From: an uncultured Bacilli bacterium
GTDB lineage: Bacteria; Bacillota_I; Bacilli_A; RF39; UBA660
Direction of reading: 5' to 3'
Length of the DNA stretch: 64,000 nucleotides
Assembly (NCBI GenBank): GCA_934167885.1
Contig: CAKPMB010000001.1
Coordinates: 16,615 to 80,614 of the forward strand
Below are positions 44,139 to 54,066 of this stretch, piece after piece. The translations under genes were made by a program, and so were the position numbers. The notes under the pieces were generated by a model that saw only the letters and a program-made list of their open reading frames with translations, did no database searches and had not been told where the DNA came from. Positions within the stretch are counted from its first letter, which is position 1. Each line of letters begins with the position of its first letter.

Positions 44139-44221
44139 AATACCTCCTTTACCAAAACCATTTATATTATACCACGCTTTGTATTTAATGCCAAATAAAA
44201 GGAAATATTAATGCTTATTTA

Positions 44222-44596
44222 TTAGTATTTCCTTAATCTTTTAACTGAATTATCAATATAAACTTCGTAATAATCTGGAACAAAATCTGCTTTTTGATTA
44301 TCATATCTTAATCTATAACCGATTTCTTTATGATAATCACTATCACTTGGATTAAATAAATATTGCATAATATGATAGATATTACGATTATCAGCATAAC
44401 GATATGTATCTAATTTATCATATATTTCTTCTAAGTTATCAGTGATATACTGACTAAACATAACAGCATTAACATTATTAGGAACATTTTGCTTCATATA
44501 GTTAGATATTTCTTGTAATTTGGCTTTAATATCTACTACTTTCTTCCCATTAATATACGAACTTATTACTTCTTTTAATAATAATTCTTCAAACAT
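44222..44596 (-). CDS. Hypothetical protein
   Basis: 124-aa ORF between rplI and rpsR. No recognised motif. Confidence 0.4.
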   Translation of the reverse strand: MFEELLLKEVISSYINGKKVVDIKAKLQEISNYMKQNVPNNVNAVMFSQYITDNLEEIYDKLDTYRYADNRNIYHIMQYLFNPSDSDYHKEIGYRLRYDNQKADFVPDYYEVYIDNSVKRLRKY

Positions 44597-44645
44597 AATA
44601 TACTCCTTTAGTAAACAAAAAAAGAATAGATTCGCTCTATTCTAA

Positions 44646-44861
44646 TTATTTTGTATATGGTAATAAAGCAATTGCTCTTGCTATTTTAATTTGTTCAGCA
44701 ATATGTCTTTGATGTTTAGCACAAGCACCTGTTACACGACGAGGTAAAATTTTACCTTTATCGTTAATATATTTACGTAAGATTTCAACATCTTTATAAT
44801 CTATATTCTTACCAGTACACATATAACATACTTTTTTCTTTTTTCTATAAAACTCTGCCAT
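44646..44861 (-). CDS. rpsR: 30S ribosomal protein S18
   Basis: ...[58 protein letters not shown]. Confidence 0.9.
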   Translation of the reverse strand: MAEFYRKKKKVCYMCTGKNIDYKDVEILRKYINDKGKILPRRVTGACAKHQRHIAEQIKIARAIALLPYTK

Positions 44862-44872
44862 ATATCCTCCTT

Positions 44873-45343
44873 CTAGAATGGTAAATCACTATCATTGATT
44901 TCAATCTTAGCACCGAAATCAGCAAATGGATCACTTGACGCATCTTGAGTAGTAGAATTTGCACTAGCATTATCCGAAGAAAAATCATATGGTGTTACAC
45001 CATCATCACTTTGCGTAGCACGACTTGCTTTACTATCTAAAAATTGAAAATTTTCAACAATAACATCAGTAGTATATACTTTCTTACCATCAGCCCCATC
45101 ATAACTACCAGTTTGAATACGGCCATCAATAGCGATTTGACTACCTTTTGTTAAATATTTTTTCATTGTTTCAGCACGTTGACCAAAAGCAACGATATTA
45201 ATAAAATCAGCTCCGCGCTCTTCACCTTCACGAACAAATTGACGATCAACAGCAATAGCACAACGCATATTAGCTGTATTGCTTGTTGAATATCTAAGTT
45301 CTGGATCTCTTGTTAATCTACCTACTAAAAATACTTTATTCAT
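44873..45343 (-). CDS. ssb: Single-stranded DNA-binding protein
   Basis: [19 protein letters not shown]... OB fold. The acidic tail ends in DLPF. Confidence 0.9.
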   Translation of the reverse strand: MNKVFLVGRLTRDPELRYSTSNTANMRCAIAVDRQFVREGEERGADFINIVAFGQRAETMKKYLTKGSQIAIDGRIQTGSYDGADGKKVYTTDVIVENFQFLDSKASRATQSDDGVTPYDFSSDNASANSTTQDASSDPFADFGAKIEINDSDLPF

Positions 45344-45357
45344 ACTTTCTCCTACTA

Positions 45358-45645
45358 TTAATCTTCTCTTTTTACAACGATATGTCTAATAATATCTTCG
45401 TTAATGTTTGCAACACGATCAAATTCTTTTACAGCTTTTGGTTCTGCTTCAACACAAATTAAGAAGTAGTTTCCGTTTTTATAAGTTGCAACTTCATAAG
45501 CTAATTCACGTCTACCCATGTTCTTAACTTCTTTAATCTTAGCACCAAAATTTTCAAGAACACCTTTGATATTCTCACATACAGCATTTGTTGCTTCATC
45601 TTCTAGATTTGGTCTTACGATAAACATTAATTCATAGTTTCTCAT
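45358..45645 (-). CDS. rpsF: 30S ribosomal protein S6
   Basis: MRNYELMFIVRPNLEDE...GRRELAYEV. Forms the rpsF-ssb-rpsR operon as in Bacillus. Confidence 0.9.
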   Translation of the reverse strand: MRNYELMFIVRPNLEDEATNAVCENIKGVLENFGAKIKEVKNMGRRELAYEVATYKNGNYFLICVEAEPKAVKEFDRVANINEDIIRHIVVKRED

Positions 45646-45648
45646 CAT

Positions 45649-45760
45649 TACACCTCCCTTTGGACTAACCGGGTCTATTGACCAAGGAGTAAATAAATTA
45701 CTCGCAAATAATTATACCATAAAATAAAATATATTCAACAAAAATATTAAAAAACAGCAT
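45649..45760 (-). promoter_or_regulatory. rpsF promoter (TTGAAT-16-TATAAT) with a structured 5' leader that sequesters the SD
   Basis: Minus strand: TTGAAT...TATAAT, then a ~60-nt leader in which ACUCCUUGG can pair with CCAAAGGGAGGU (the SD) around an inner GGUC-AAUA-GACC hairpin. The segment is locally GC-rich. Confidence 0.3.
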
Positions 45761-45807
45761 ATATTTATCTGAGATATTAGTTATAACAAAAAAATAGGCA
45801 TATAAAC

Positions 45808-46938
45808 CTATTTATACTTGCTAGTTATACCATAATATGACTCTATTGTTATCCAATTGCCATTATTATATAGTTTAGTCGCTAATGAAACACCCACATA
45901 TCTAAAATGCCATGGTTCATATTTATAACCGGTTTCATTACTTTTACCTTTAGGATATCTTAAAATAAAGCCATATTTATAAGCATTATTATCTAACCAC
46001 TTACCAACTTTCGTTTCACCAAATGAATCAGAAATTTGATTTAAATCCATTGCAAGTCCACTCTGATGTTCAGAATAACCAGGCCGAGCTGAAAAGGTAT
46101 CAGCCATCGCTTGACCGTGTCGTGATACATAATTATTATACAAACTACTTTGAAAATTATATGATCGAAAGCCACTAATAATTGTTAGATTTAAATTATC
46201 CTTTTTCGCAGCATTTTGCATTAATTTAAAGGCATTCTTAGTTTCAGCTGTTAAATCACTACCATAATTTTTAGGCAAGGAATATGTTTTATTCACTACC
46301 AAGGTGCCATCAATGGACGTAACACCATTTTTAACTTCAATCTTAAAACCCTTGGAACTAACCGTTACATAATTATCCGTTCCATTATTAATTTTAATAT
46401 TTTGTGAATATACTTTTTTAGTAACAGTTAACATGCATTCTTCACGCGTTTCATTCAAAGATGAATCTTTCGCAACATAATAAATTTTATATTTTCCGGG
46501 AACATTTAAATTATATTCACCCTCAACTGTTACTTTAACATTACTATCATAATTATCTTTAGCACTAACTTTTGTTAATAAATCAATTTTAGTGCCTTCA
46601 GTCACTGATATGTTTTTTTGACAATCTATAATTGGTGCTTCGGTATCAACTATCTTTAATTTAAATGTATAAATTTTTTCACGCTTGAAAAAATATTGAA
46701 CTTTCAATTGAACTTCCTTTATACCAATAGTTTTAGTATCAAGTAATTCTTTTTTAGTAACTATTTTACCATTTTTAAGTTTAGTAATAAAATCAACATT
46801 ATATACTTCATCATTTAATGAAACAATTTTTTCTTCATCATACACAATTTCTAATCTTTTAGTATAAAAAAGAAATCCTAAAGAAACAAACAACAAAATA
46901 ACAAATATAATTACTAATATCCAAATTTTTCTCTTCAT
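45808..46938 (-). CDS. VanY-type D,D-carboxypeptidase (M15B) with N-terminal TM and Ig-like domains
   Basis: M15 motifs SGFRSYNFQSSLY, SEHQSGLAMD and EPWHFRYVG in the C-terminal third. N-terminal TM and beta-rich extracellular domains. Confidence 0.75.
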   Translation of the reverse strand: MKRKIWILVIIFVILLFVSLGFLFYTKRLEIVYDEEKIVSLNDEVYNVDFITKLKNGKIVTKKELLDTKTIGIKEVQLKVQYFFKREKIYTFKLKIVDTEAPIIDCQKNISVTEGTKIDLLTKVSAKDNYDSNVKVTVEGEYNLNVPGKYKIYYVAKDSSLNETREECMLTVTKKVYSQNIKINNGTDNYVTVSSKGFKIEVKNGVTSIDGTLVVNKTYSLPKNYGSDLTAETKNAFKLMQNAAKKDNLNLTIISGFRSYNFQSSLYNNYVSRHGQAMADTFSARPGYSEHQSGLAMDLNQISDSFGETKVGKWLDNNAYKYGFILRYPKGKSNETGYKYEPWHFRYVGVSLATKLYNNGNWITIESYYGITSKYK

Positions 46939-47006
46939 TATCCCTCTATATTATCAAATATAGCATATCACATAATGAAATGATTTAGAACTAATAATAA
47001 AACATT

Positions 47007-47720
47007 TTATTCTAATACATTACTTTTAACCTTATAATTCATATCATAAACTGTTAACTTTTCATTACTATCACAAAGAACCAGGAATACTTCTTCAATA
47101 TTGTCATAACCTAATTTTGTAAGTCTTTCCCTTAACCATTTTTCATCATGTTTAATAGCCTTTAAATTATTAGCCATAATTCGGCCATCAATAACCAAAT
47201 TTGCTGTTAATCCTTCATGAGTAGTCTTTATTTTCATATCATCACAAGTAAGTGGTTTATACTTAGATTTTGGTAAAAAACTTACTTTACCCGAAACTTC
47301 CATAATTGCACTTTCTATCTCTGATAAGTCAAAATAACCATTCTCTCTAGCATCTTGCATTAAATCATTTAAATCTATCTTAACTTTTTTAAGTTGTTCT
47401 TTACTAATCTTACCATTTTCCATTAACACAATAGGATAACCTGAAATAAACCTTCTAGCAATAATACTCTTACTTGTTATATATGAAACAAATAAAGAGA
47501 CTAAACCATATATAACCATTGATATGAGACCATTTAAAATAGTTATATCCTTATTAATAGTCATTTCGGCAGCTAAATTACCAAGTGATATACCAATAAC
47601 ATAGTCAAAAATATTTAATTCACTTATCTGTTTTTTACCAAGAATTTTTATAACAAAGAAAAGAAAGATTACTGATATAAATCCTTTAGTTATTAAAGAA
47701 ACTGTTTCACCATAACTCAT
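47007..47720 (-). CDS. DUF421 / YetF-family membrane protein
   Basis: Two or three TM helices plus ELNIFDYVIGISLGNLAAEM (DUF421 signature), and a C-terminal YetF-like domain. Start set at the internal Met MSYGETVS. Confidence 0.65.
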   Translation of the reverse strand: MSYGETVSLITKGFISVIFLFFVIKILGKKQISELNIFDYVIGISLGNLAAEMTINKDITILNGLISMVIYGLVSLFVSYITSKSIIARRFISGYPIVLMENGKISKEQLKKVKIDLNDLMQDARENGYFDLSEIESAIMEVSGKVSFLPKSKYKPLTCDDMKIKTTHEGLTANLVIDGRIMANNLKAIKHDEKWLRERLTKLGYDNIEEVFLVLCDSNEKLTVYDMNYKVKSNVLE

Positions 47721-47795
47721 AAAATCACCACTAATATTATTGGAAATTTTTAAAAAATTATACAAAATTTATGTTAAAATATTGTTGAGGTCTAT

Positions 47796-48950
47796 ATGAA
47801 AAATATAAATAGTGAAATTATAAAAAATTTATGTATTGGTATAATTGGAATATTACTAATATTTTTGCCAAATAATAAACTTAATATTTTATATATGCTT
47901 ATTAATACAATTTTAATTATTATAAGCCTCTATCAGATAATAAAAGCTAAGAAAAATAAGCAAAAAAATATTGAAGCTGAAATTGCATGTTTTGTTTTAA
48001 CAATTATGTTTATATTGCTAATTACTAATTTTAATATATATATTAATACTTTATCTATCATTATTTTCATTTATATTTTAGGAATAGGAATCATTAAATT
48101 TATTAGTATCTTTATATATGATTCACTGCCTATAAGTAAAAAAAGAATTGTATTATTATCTATTTTTGATGAATTAATTGCTATTATTTTCTTAATATTA
48201 ATACACCAAAATAATCATAACTTTTCATATATAACTGGTTTATATTTTGCAATTCAATGCTTTAAAAACTTATATTATTACCATAATAATAAGCAGAATA
48301 TTAATATTTTTAAAATCCCTAGTTTAATTTTATCAACAAAACCATATCGTGATTTTTTAAAGATTTCTAACAAATACCTTCATAATAACGAAGATAAATG
48401 CCAAGTTGAAATTTTAATTCATGTTAAGAATACTAGACGGGGTTTATTTGGCCATACTGATTTAATATACAATGGTAACATTTATTCATATGGTAATTAT
48501 GACAAAAATAGTTATAAAATTCTGGATGCTATTGGGGATGGCGTGATGTTCAAAGTATCAAGAGACGAGTATATTAAATTTTGTAAAGAAAACGGCAAAA
48601 CATTATTTTGTTTTGGTATTAAATATAATGATAAAGAATTAAAGGATATTGATAATCACATTAAACAAATTATTAAAAATGGTTATAAATGGAATAAAAA
48701 AGAAATAATTCCTAATACTTATGTTGATAGTCTTAATAAAAATTTAGACATTACACTTTATAAATTTCATGATAAACATTATAAAAATTATTTCTTTTTA
48801 AACTATAACTGTGTTAAATTTATTGAAGAAGTTTTAGACTTAGAGATTCTTGATTGGAGCAATATTACAACCCCAGGCATGCTTTATAATTATCTTATTA
48901 ATGAACAAAAGAAAGAAAATTCTAAAGTTGTATATTGTGATATATACTAA
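47796..48950 (+). CDS. Polytopic membrane protein with an uncharacterised soluble C-terminal domain containing conserved-looking His and Cys
   Basis: About 5 TM helices in the first 170 aa, then a roughly 210-aa domain with GHTDLIYNGNIYSYG and NYNCVKFIEEV motifs. Confidence 0.5.
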   Translation: MKNINSEIIKNLCIGIIGILLIFLPNNKLNILYMLINTILIIISLYQIIKAKKNKQKNIEAEIACFVLTIMFILLITNFNIYINTLSIIIFIYILGIGIIKFISIFIYDSLPISKKRIVLLSIFDELIAIIFLILIHQNNHNFSYITGLYFAIQCFKNLYYYHNNKQNINIFKIPSLILSTKPYRDFLKISNKYLHNNEDKCQVEILIHVKNTRRGLFGHTDLIYNGNIYSYGNYDKNSYKILDAIGDGVMFKVSRDEYIKFCKENGKTLFCFGIKYNDKELKDIDNHIKQIIKNGYKWNKKEIIPNTYVDSLNKNLDITLYKFHDKHYKNYFFLNYNCVKFIEEVLDLEILDWSNITTPGMLYNYLINEQKKENSKVVYCDIY

Positions 48951-48978
48951 AAAATACTAGGCATTTAGCCTAGTATTT

Positions 48979-51072
48979 TTACTTTATAAATAACGCATTA
49001 CCATCATAATCAAAGGTAATAGTATCACCATATTTAACTTGATTACTAATTATCTTGTTTGCAAGTAAGGTTTCAATGGAACGTGAAACTAATCTCTTAA
49101 GTGGACGAGCTCCAAAGTTAACATCATATCCTGTATCTACAAGATAATCTCTAGCCTTATCAGTTAATTTAATATGAATATTCTTATCAGATAAACGAGT
49201 TTCAATTTCACCTATTATCTTATCTAGTATTTGATAAACAACGTCTTTTGTTAATGGATTAAAGATAATTATTTCATCAATACGGTTAATAAATTCTGGT
49301 CTAAATGTTCTATGTAACTCTTCTAATACTTTATCATTTTCATGATTTAAGGCATATTCACTACCTAAATTACTTGTCATAATGATTATTGTATTCTTAA
49401 AGTCAACAGTTCGACCATTTGAATCTGTTATACGACCATCATCCAATATTTGTAACAATAGATTTAAAACTTCTGGATGAGCTTTTTCTATTTCATCAAA
49501 TAATACAATACTGTATGGATTACGACGAACCGCTTCGGTTAATTGGCCTCCTTCTTCATAACCAACATAACCTGGAGGTGATCCAATTAAACGTGAAACA
49601 CTAAATTTTTCCATATATTCGGACATATCAATACGAACCATATGGCTCTTATCATCAAATAATTCATAGGCTAAAGTTTTAGCAACTTCTGTTTTACCAA
49701 CACCCGTTGGACCTAAGAACATAAATGAACCAATTGGACGATTAGGATCTTTAATACCAGCACGTGATTTAATAATCGAATCACTAACAAGTTTTAAAGC
49801 CTCATCTTGGCCCATAACAATCTTTTTCATATTGTCATATAAATGAAGCAATTTCTCCTTTTCACCACTCATAAGTTTTGATAAAGGTATGTTTGTCCAT
49901 TTAGAAATAACTTGAGCAATATCTTCTTCTGAGACAGTATCACTTAATAAACGATTCTTCTCAAGATTATTTAATTCTTGTAATTCTTTTTCTAATCTTG
50001 GTATTTCACCATGACGATATCTAGCAGCTGTCTCTAAATCATAATTATTTTCAGCTGTTTCTAGCGTAAATTTAGCCTTTTCTAATTCTTTCTTTTTCTC
50101 TTTTATTTTATCATTGATGCCTTTTTCTTTTTGCCATGCTTCTTTTAACTTAGTTTCATCTTGTTTTAAGTTATATAATTCATCTTCGATTTCTTGAAGA
50201 CGTTTTTTACTTAATTCATCTTTTTCTTTCTTTATAGCTTGTCTTTCTATTTCTAAGCTTAAAATCTTTCTTGTCAAAGTATCTAGTTCTGTTGGAACAG
50301 AATCCATTTGCACACGAATAGTAGCACAAGCTTCATCAACTAAGTCAATAGCCTTATCAGGCAAGTATCTATCTGTTATGTATCGATTAGACAAAGTGGC
50401 AGCGGCAATTAAAGCTTTATCTGTAATAGTTACACCATGATGGATCTCAAAACGCTCTTTCAAACCACGCAAAATGGTAATGGTATCAGAAACTGTAGGT
50501 TCTGAAACTTTAATCTTTTGAAAACGACGTTCTAAGGCACCATCTTTTTCAATATACTTACGATATTCATTCAAAGTTGTTGCACCAATTACATGTATTT
50601 CGCCACGCGCAAGCATAGGTTTTAGGATATTACTTGTATCCATAGCACCCTCAGCACCATTTCCAACAATCATGTGAATTTCATCAATAAACATGATGAT
50701 ATTGCCTTCGCTCTTCTTTATCTCATTTAATACATTTTTTAATCTTTCTTCAAATTCACCACGGTATTTTGCACCTGCTACTAAAGCAGCTAAGTCAAGT
50801 TCCCAAATCTTTTTATCCTTCAAAGAAGTTGGAACATCACCTTTTACAATACGGTTTGCTAAACCTTCAATAATAGCAGTTTTACCAACACCTGGCTCAC
50901 CAATTAAAACGGGATTATTCTTCGTTTTTCTAGATAATATTCTTGTAATGCTACGAATTTCTTCATCACGACCAATAACTGGATCAATTTTGCCTTTACG
51001 AGCTGCTTCAGTAACATCACGACCATATTTTTCTAGAACATTTTCTTTTTCTTCATTAGGTTGTTGATACAT
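48979..51072 (-). CDS. clpB: ClpB-type Hsp100 disaggregase lacking the N-terminal domain
   Basis: Two AAA modules (GEPGVGKT; GPTGVGKT) separated by the long coiled-coil M-domain (res ~390-520) that distinguishes ClpB from ClpA/C. The product starts [22 protein letters not shown], i.e. at the NBD1 linker. AAAGGAG RBS. Only 120 bp separate it from the neighbouring ftsX stop, so no N-domain is encoded. Confidence 0.85.
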   Translation of the reverse strand: MYQQPNEEKENVLEKYGRDVTEAARKGKIDPVIGRDEEIRSITRILSRKTKNNPVLIGEPGVGKTAIIEGLANRIVKGDVPTSLKDKKIWELDLAALVAGAKYRGEFEERLKNVLNEIKKSEGNIIMFIDEIHMIVGNGAEGAMDTSNILKPMLARGEIHVIGATTLNEYRKYIEKDGALERRFQKIKVSEPTVSDTITILRGLKERFEIHHGVTITDKALIAAATLSNRYITDRYLPDKAIDLVDEACATIRVQMDSVPTELDTLTRKILSLEIERQAIKKEKDELSKKRLQEIEDELYNLKQDETKLKEAWQKEKGINDKIKEKKKELEKAKFTLETAENNYDLETAARYRHGEIPRLEKELQELNNLEKNRLLSDTVSEEDIAQVISKWTNIPLSKLMSGEKEKLLHLYDNMKKIVMGQDEALKLVSDSIIKSRAGIKDPNRPIGSFMFLGPTGVGKTEVAKTLAYELFDDKSHMVRIDMSEYMEKFSVSRLIGSPPGYVGYEEGGQLTEAVRRNPYSIVLFDEIEKAHPEVLNLLLQILDDGRITDSNGRTVDFKNTIIIMTSNLGSEYALNHENDKVLEELHRTFRPEFINRIDEIIIFNPLTKDVVYQILDKIIGEIETRLSDKNIHIKLTDKARDYLVDTGYDVNFGARPLKRLVSRSIETLLANKIISNQVKYGDTITFDYDGNALFIK

Positions 51073-51128
51073 AATTACAACTCCTTTCACTATATATTAA
51101 TATGTGCATTCTCACATATTTCATTACC

Positions 51129-51156
51129 ATTATATCATAAAATTAGCACTTGTCAA
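51129..51156 (-). promoter_or_regulatory. clpB sigma-A promoter (TTGACA-16-TATAAT)
   Basis: Minus strand: TTGACA (plus 51151-51156), a 16-nt spacer, then TATAAT (plus 51129-51134). It overlaps the CIRCE element. Confidence 0.5.
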
Positions 51157-51169
51157 GCAAGAGTGCTAA
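51143..51169. promoter_or_regulatory. CIRCE operator (HrcA binding site)
   Basis: Coding-strand sequence TTAGCACTC-TTGCTTGAC-AAGTGCTAA matches the CIRCE consensus TTAGCACTC-N9-GAGTGCTAA at 17 of 18 positions, about 70 nt upstream of clpB. Confidence 0.7.
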
Positions 51170-51193
51170 TTTTTGTTAAAAAAAGAAAGTATT

Positions 51194-52093
51194 TTAAACT
51201 TTCAAATACTTTCTTACAGCACTAGCACTACCTATCATACCAACTAAAATACCTATTAATAAAATTATTAATGATGTTTGGTAAACAATAGAACTAGGCG
51301 TTGCTAAGTTAATTATTTTAGTAAATAACTTACCACCTAAATGTGTATAAAGCTTATTGTAACCAACAATTACTAAAGTTATTGGAATTATTGATCCAAT
51401 AATACCCAAAATAACACCTTCACTTACAAATGGTATCTTAATACTTAAATTGCTTGCTCCAACTAAACGCATAATTGAAATTTCTCTTTTTCTTGAGAAT
51501 ATAGTTAATTTAATGGTATTAACAATTAAGAAGACAGTTACTAGAATTAAAGCAATTACTGAATAGAATGAGAACTTCTCAATAACATTAAAGATTTCGA
51601 GCAATTGTTCAACCATTTCTTCACCATAACGAACTAAGGTTACATTTGAAATATTCTTTATAGCATTCGCTGTTTCACTTATATTAGTAACATCTTCTAC
51701 TTTTACTAAATATACATTTTGTAATGGATTCTCTGTATCACTCCATGATTCCATAATTGTTTTAAAGGTATCATTACCTTCCATCATCTCTTGTTTTATA
51801 GAAGCTTTACTCTTAAACGTTACTCTTGCAACATTTTTAACACCTTTAATCTGAGTTTCAACACTTCTTAAATCAAAATCATCCGCATCATTACTTACAA
51901 AGACAACAATTTCAAGTTCACTTTCTAACTCATGTGTAATACTATTAACATTCTCTGAAATTATAAGGGATAAACCAACAATTACCAAAGTTATAGTTAT
52001 ACACACAATAGACGCTAAAGAAAGTGATAAATTACGTCCTACACTTTTAAAAGCATCTCTTATGCTTCTTCCAAAAATTCTAAAGAATTTCAT
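51194..52093 (-). CDS. ftsX: Cell-division ABC transporter permease FtsX
   Basis: N-terminal TM, extracellular domain, then three C-terminal TMs (FtsX topology). Start set at the internal Met. Overlaps ftsE by about 14 nt. Confidence 0.8.
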   Translation of the reverse strand: MKFFRIFGRSIRDAFKSVGRNLSLSLASIVCITITLVIVGLSLIISENVNSITHELESELEIVVFVSNDADDFDLRSVETQIKGVKNVARVTFKSKASIKQEMMEGNDTFKTIMESWSDTENPLQNVYLVKVEDVTNISETANAIKNISNVTLVRYGEEMVEQLLEIFNVIEKFSFYSVIALILVTVFLIVNTIKLTIFSRKREISIMRLVGASNLSIKIPFVSEGVILGIIGSIIPITLVIVGYNKLYTHLGGKLFTKIINLATPSSIVYQTSLIILLIGILVGMIGSASAVRKYLKV

Positions 52094-52778
52094 TAACATA
52101 TTCTCCCTTCTTATAATCTTTAAATAAATGACCATCTTTTAGGGCTATAACATGCTTTTTCATCTTATCAACAATTGTTTTATCATGTGTTACCATTAAA
52201 ACTGTTGTGCCTTCTTTTTGATTAATACTTTCCAAAAGTTCGACAATTTCCATGCTCATTAATGGATCAAGGTTTCCAGTTGGTTCATCACATATTAAAA
52301 GCTTTGGTTCATTTACAATAGCACGTGCAATCGCTACACGTTGTTGTTCACCACCTGATAAGTTATCAGGATAATCCCTAACTTTTGATTTTAAACCAAC
52401 AAGTTCAATAGCTTTTAATACTTTAGGACGAATATCACTTTTCTTTTCACCTATCGCCTCTAAAGCAAAAGCAACATTTTCATAAACTGTAAGTTTAGGT
52501 AATAAGCGATAATCTTGGAAAACAATACCAAGTTTTCTTCTTAATTTATATACACTACCATTACGTAATTTAGATACATTTATACCACCTAAAATAATAC
52601 TTCCAGAATTAGGTTTCTCTTCACGATATAATAATTTAATAAAAGTGCTTTTACCACTACCAGAACCACCTATAATAAAGACAAAATCACCTTTTTCGAT
52701 ATCAAGGGTTAAATCATAAAGGGCTGTTACACCATTTTTATATTGTTTAGTAACATTTCTAAGCTCTATGAACGCCAT
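52080..52778 (-). CDS. ftsE: Cell-division ABC transporter ATPase FtsE
   Basis: Walker [10 protein letters not shown], signature LSGGEQQR, Walker [13 protein letters not shown]. 232 aa. Confidence 0.9.
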   Translation of the reverse strand: MAFIELRNVTKQYKNGVTALYDLTLDIEKGDFVFIIGGSGSGKSTFIKLLYREEKPNSGSIILGGINVSKLRNGSVYKLRRKLGIVFQDYRLLPKLTVYENVAFALEAIGEKKSDIRPKVLKAIELVGLKSKVRDYPDNLSGGEQQRVAIARAIVNEPKLLICDEPTGNLDPLMSMEIVELLESINQKEGTTVLMVTHDKTIVDKMKKHVIALKDGHLFKDYKKGEYVNEIL

Positions 52779-52880
52779 ACAATCACCATACTTTCTACTT
52801 AATTATAACATAAAAATTAATAATTAAAAAAAATTTACTAAAAAAAGACAAAATAACTGTAAAAGCAAAGTAATTAATAT

Positions 52881-52911
52881 AACAAAAAACACAAGTAATT
52901 ATACTTGTGTT
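52881..52911 (-). terminator. Rho-independent terminator after gap and the small ORF
   Basis: Minus strand has a 10-bp perfect stem AACACAAGTA/TACTTGTGTT with a 4-nt loop, then a UUUUUUGUU run. Confidence 0.5.
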
Positions 52912-53054
52912 TATTTAGTAGGACTATTTCCTCGATAGTGCATTGAACATAAATAACCTATTATTGCAAATATTAAGAATGTTGACACCATCACGATAAC
53001 GAAATATGGTAATCCAACTATTTTATCTCTTATAAAAGTAAGTATGGTATCCAT
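52911..53054 (-). CDS. Putative 47-aa single-TM protein translationally coupled to gap
   Basis: Its ATG overlaps the gap stop (TAATG). MDTILTFIRDKIVGLPYFVIVMVSTFLIFAIIGYLCSMHYRGNSPTK. It is below the size cut-off of the ORF track and the terminator follows immediately. Confidence 0.3.
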   Translation of the reverse strand: MDTILTFIRDKIVGLPYFVIVMVSTFLIFAIIGYLCSMHYRGNSPTK

Positions 53055-54052
53055 TATTTTACCCAATATTTGGCTGTTCTAACCATTTGAGAACTATAAC
53101 CCATTTCATTATCATACCACGCTATAATCTTTACTAATTGTTTACCATTTACCTCTAAGACATTGGTTGATAAACCATCAACTAAAGCCCCATAATGTGA
53201 ACCTATAACGTCACTTGAAACGATAGGATCCATTGTTAACTTAATTGTTTCATTTTCATTTCTTATAAACAATTTATTGATTTCTTCAACAGAAGTATTT
53301 CGCTTTAACTCTAAAGTTAAATCGATAACTGAACCAGTTGGCACTGGAACACGCATAGCAATACCATCTAATTTACCTTTTAATGATGGTATAACCTCAC
53401 CAATAGCTTTAGCAGCCCCAGTTGATGCTGGCACAATATTTTGAGCACAAGCACGACCACGACGAGCATAAATGCCTTTTTTATGGGCGATATCAAGCGT
53501 TGCTTGATCATTGGTATATGCATGAACTGTCGTCATATATCCTTTAACAACACCAATATTATCATTTAATATTTTTAAAACCGGTGCAAGACAGTTAGTA
53601 GTGCAACTAGCAGCTGAAATAATAGTCTCATTGCCATCTAATTCATCATTATTAACATTATATACAATTGTTTTCAAATCACCTTTAGCAGGCGCAGATA
53701 TAATAACTTTTTTAGCACCAGCTTCAATATGAGCACTAGCTTTTTCAAACGATGTGAATAAACCAGTGCATTCAAAAACAACATCTATTCCTAATTCTTT
53801 CCAAGGTAATAAATTAGGTTCTTTTATAGCATAAACTTTTATTTTTTTATCTCCAACTAAAATACAATCATCAACACTTTTTATATCATCTACATGATAA
53901 TTACGATGATTAGTATCATATTTAAGAAGATAAGCAAGTTGTTCAGCATCCGTTAAATCATTAATGGCAACAACTTCAAAATTTTCATCTTCTTGCATTA
54001 ATCTAAAAACTAAACGACCAATGCGACCAAATCCATTTATTGCTACTCTCAT
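53054..54052 (-). CDS. gap: Glyceraldehyde-3-phosphate dehydrogenase
   Basis: MRVAINGFGRIGR... and the active-site motif ASCTTNCLAP. Start set at the internal Met. Confidence 0.9.
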   Translation of the reverse strand: MRVAINGFGRIGRLVFRLMQEDENFEVVAINDLTDAEQLAYLLKYDTNHRNYHVDDIKSVDDCILVGDKKIKVYAIKEPNLLPWKELGIDVVFECTGLFTSFEKASAHIEAGAKKVIISAPAKGDLKTIVYNVNNDELDGNETIISAASCTTNCLAPVLKILNDNIGVVKGYMTTVHAYTNDQATLDIAHKKGIYARRGRACAQNIVPASTGAAKAIGEVIPSLKGKLDGIAMRVPVPTGSVIDLTLELKRNTSVEEINKLFIRNENETIKLTMDPIVSSDVIGSHYGALVDGLSTNVLEVNGKQLVKIIAWYDNEMGYSSQMVRTAKYWVK

Positions 54053-54066
54053 TTTAATCCTTTCTT

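Noticed and set aside
45650-45720. GC-rich patch upstream of rpsF considered as a tRNA gene
   Set aside because: No cloverleaf, no GTTCRANYC T-loop motif and no plausible acceptor stem. Better explained as the structured mRNA leader.
50693-51067. 124-aa plus-strand ORF inside clpB and a 61-aa ORF at 49419-49604
   Set aside because: Antisense to the conserved AAA+ gene. No RBS.
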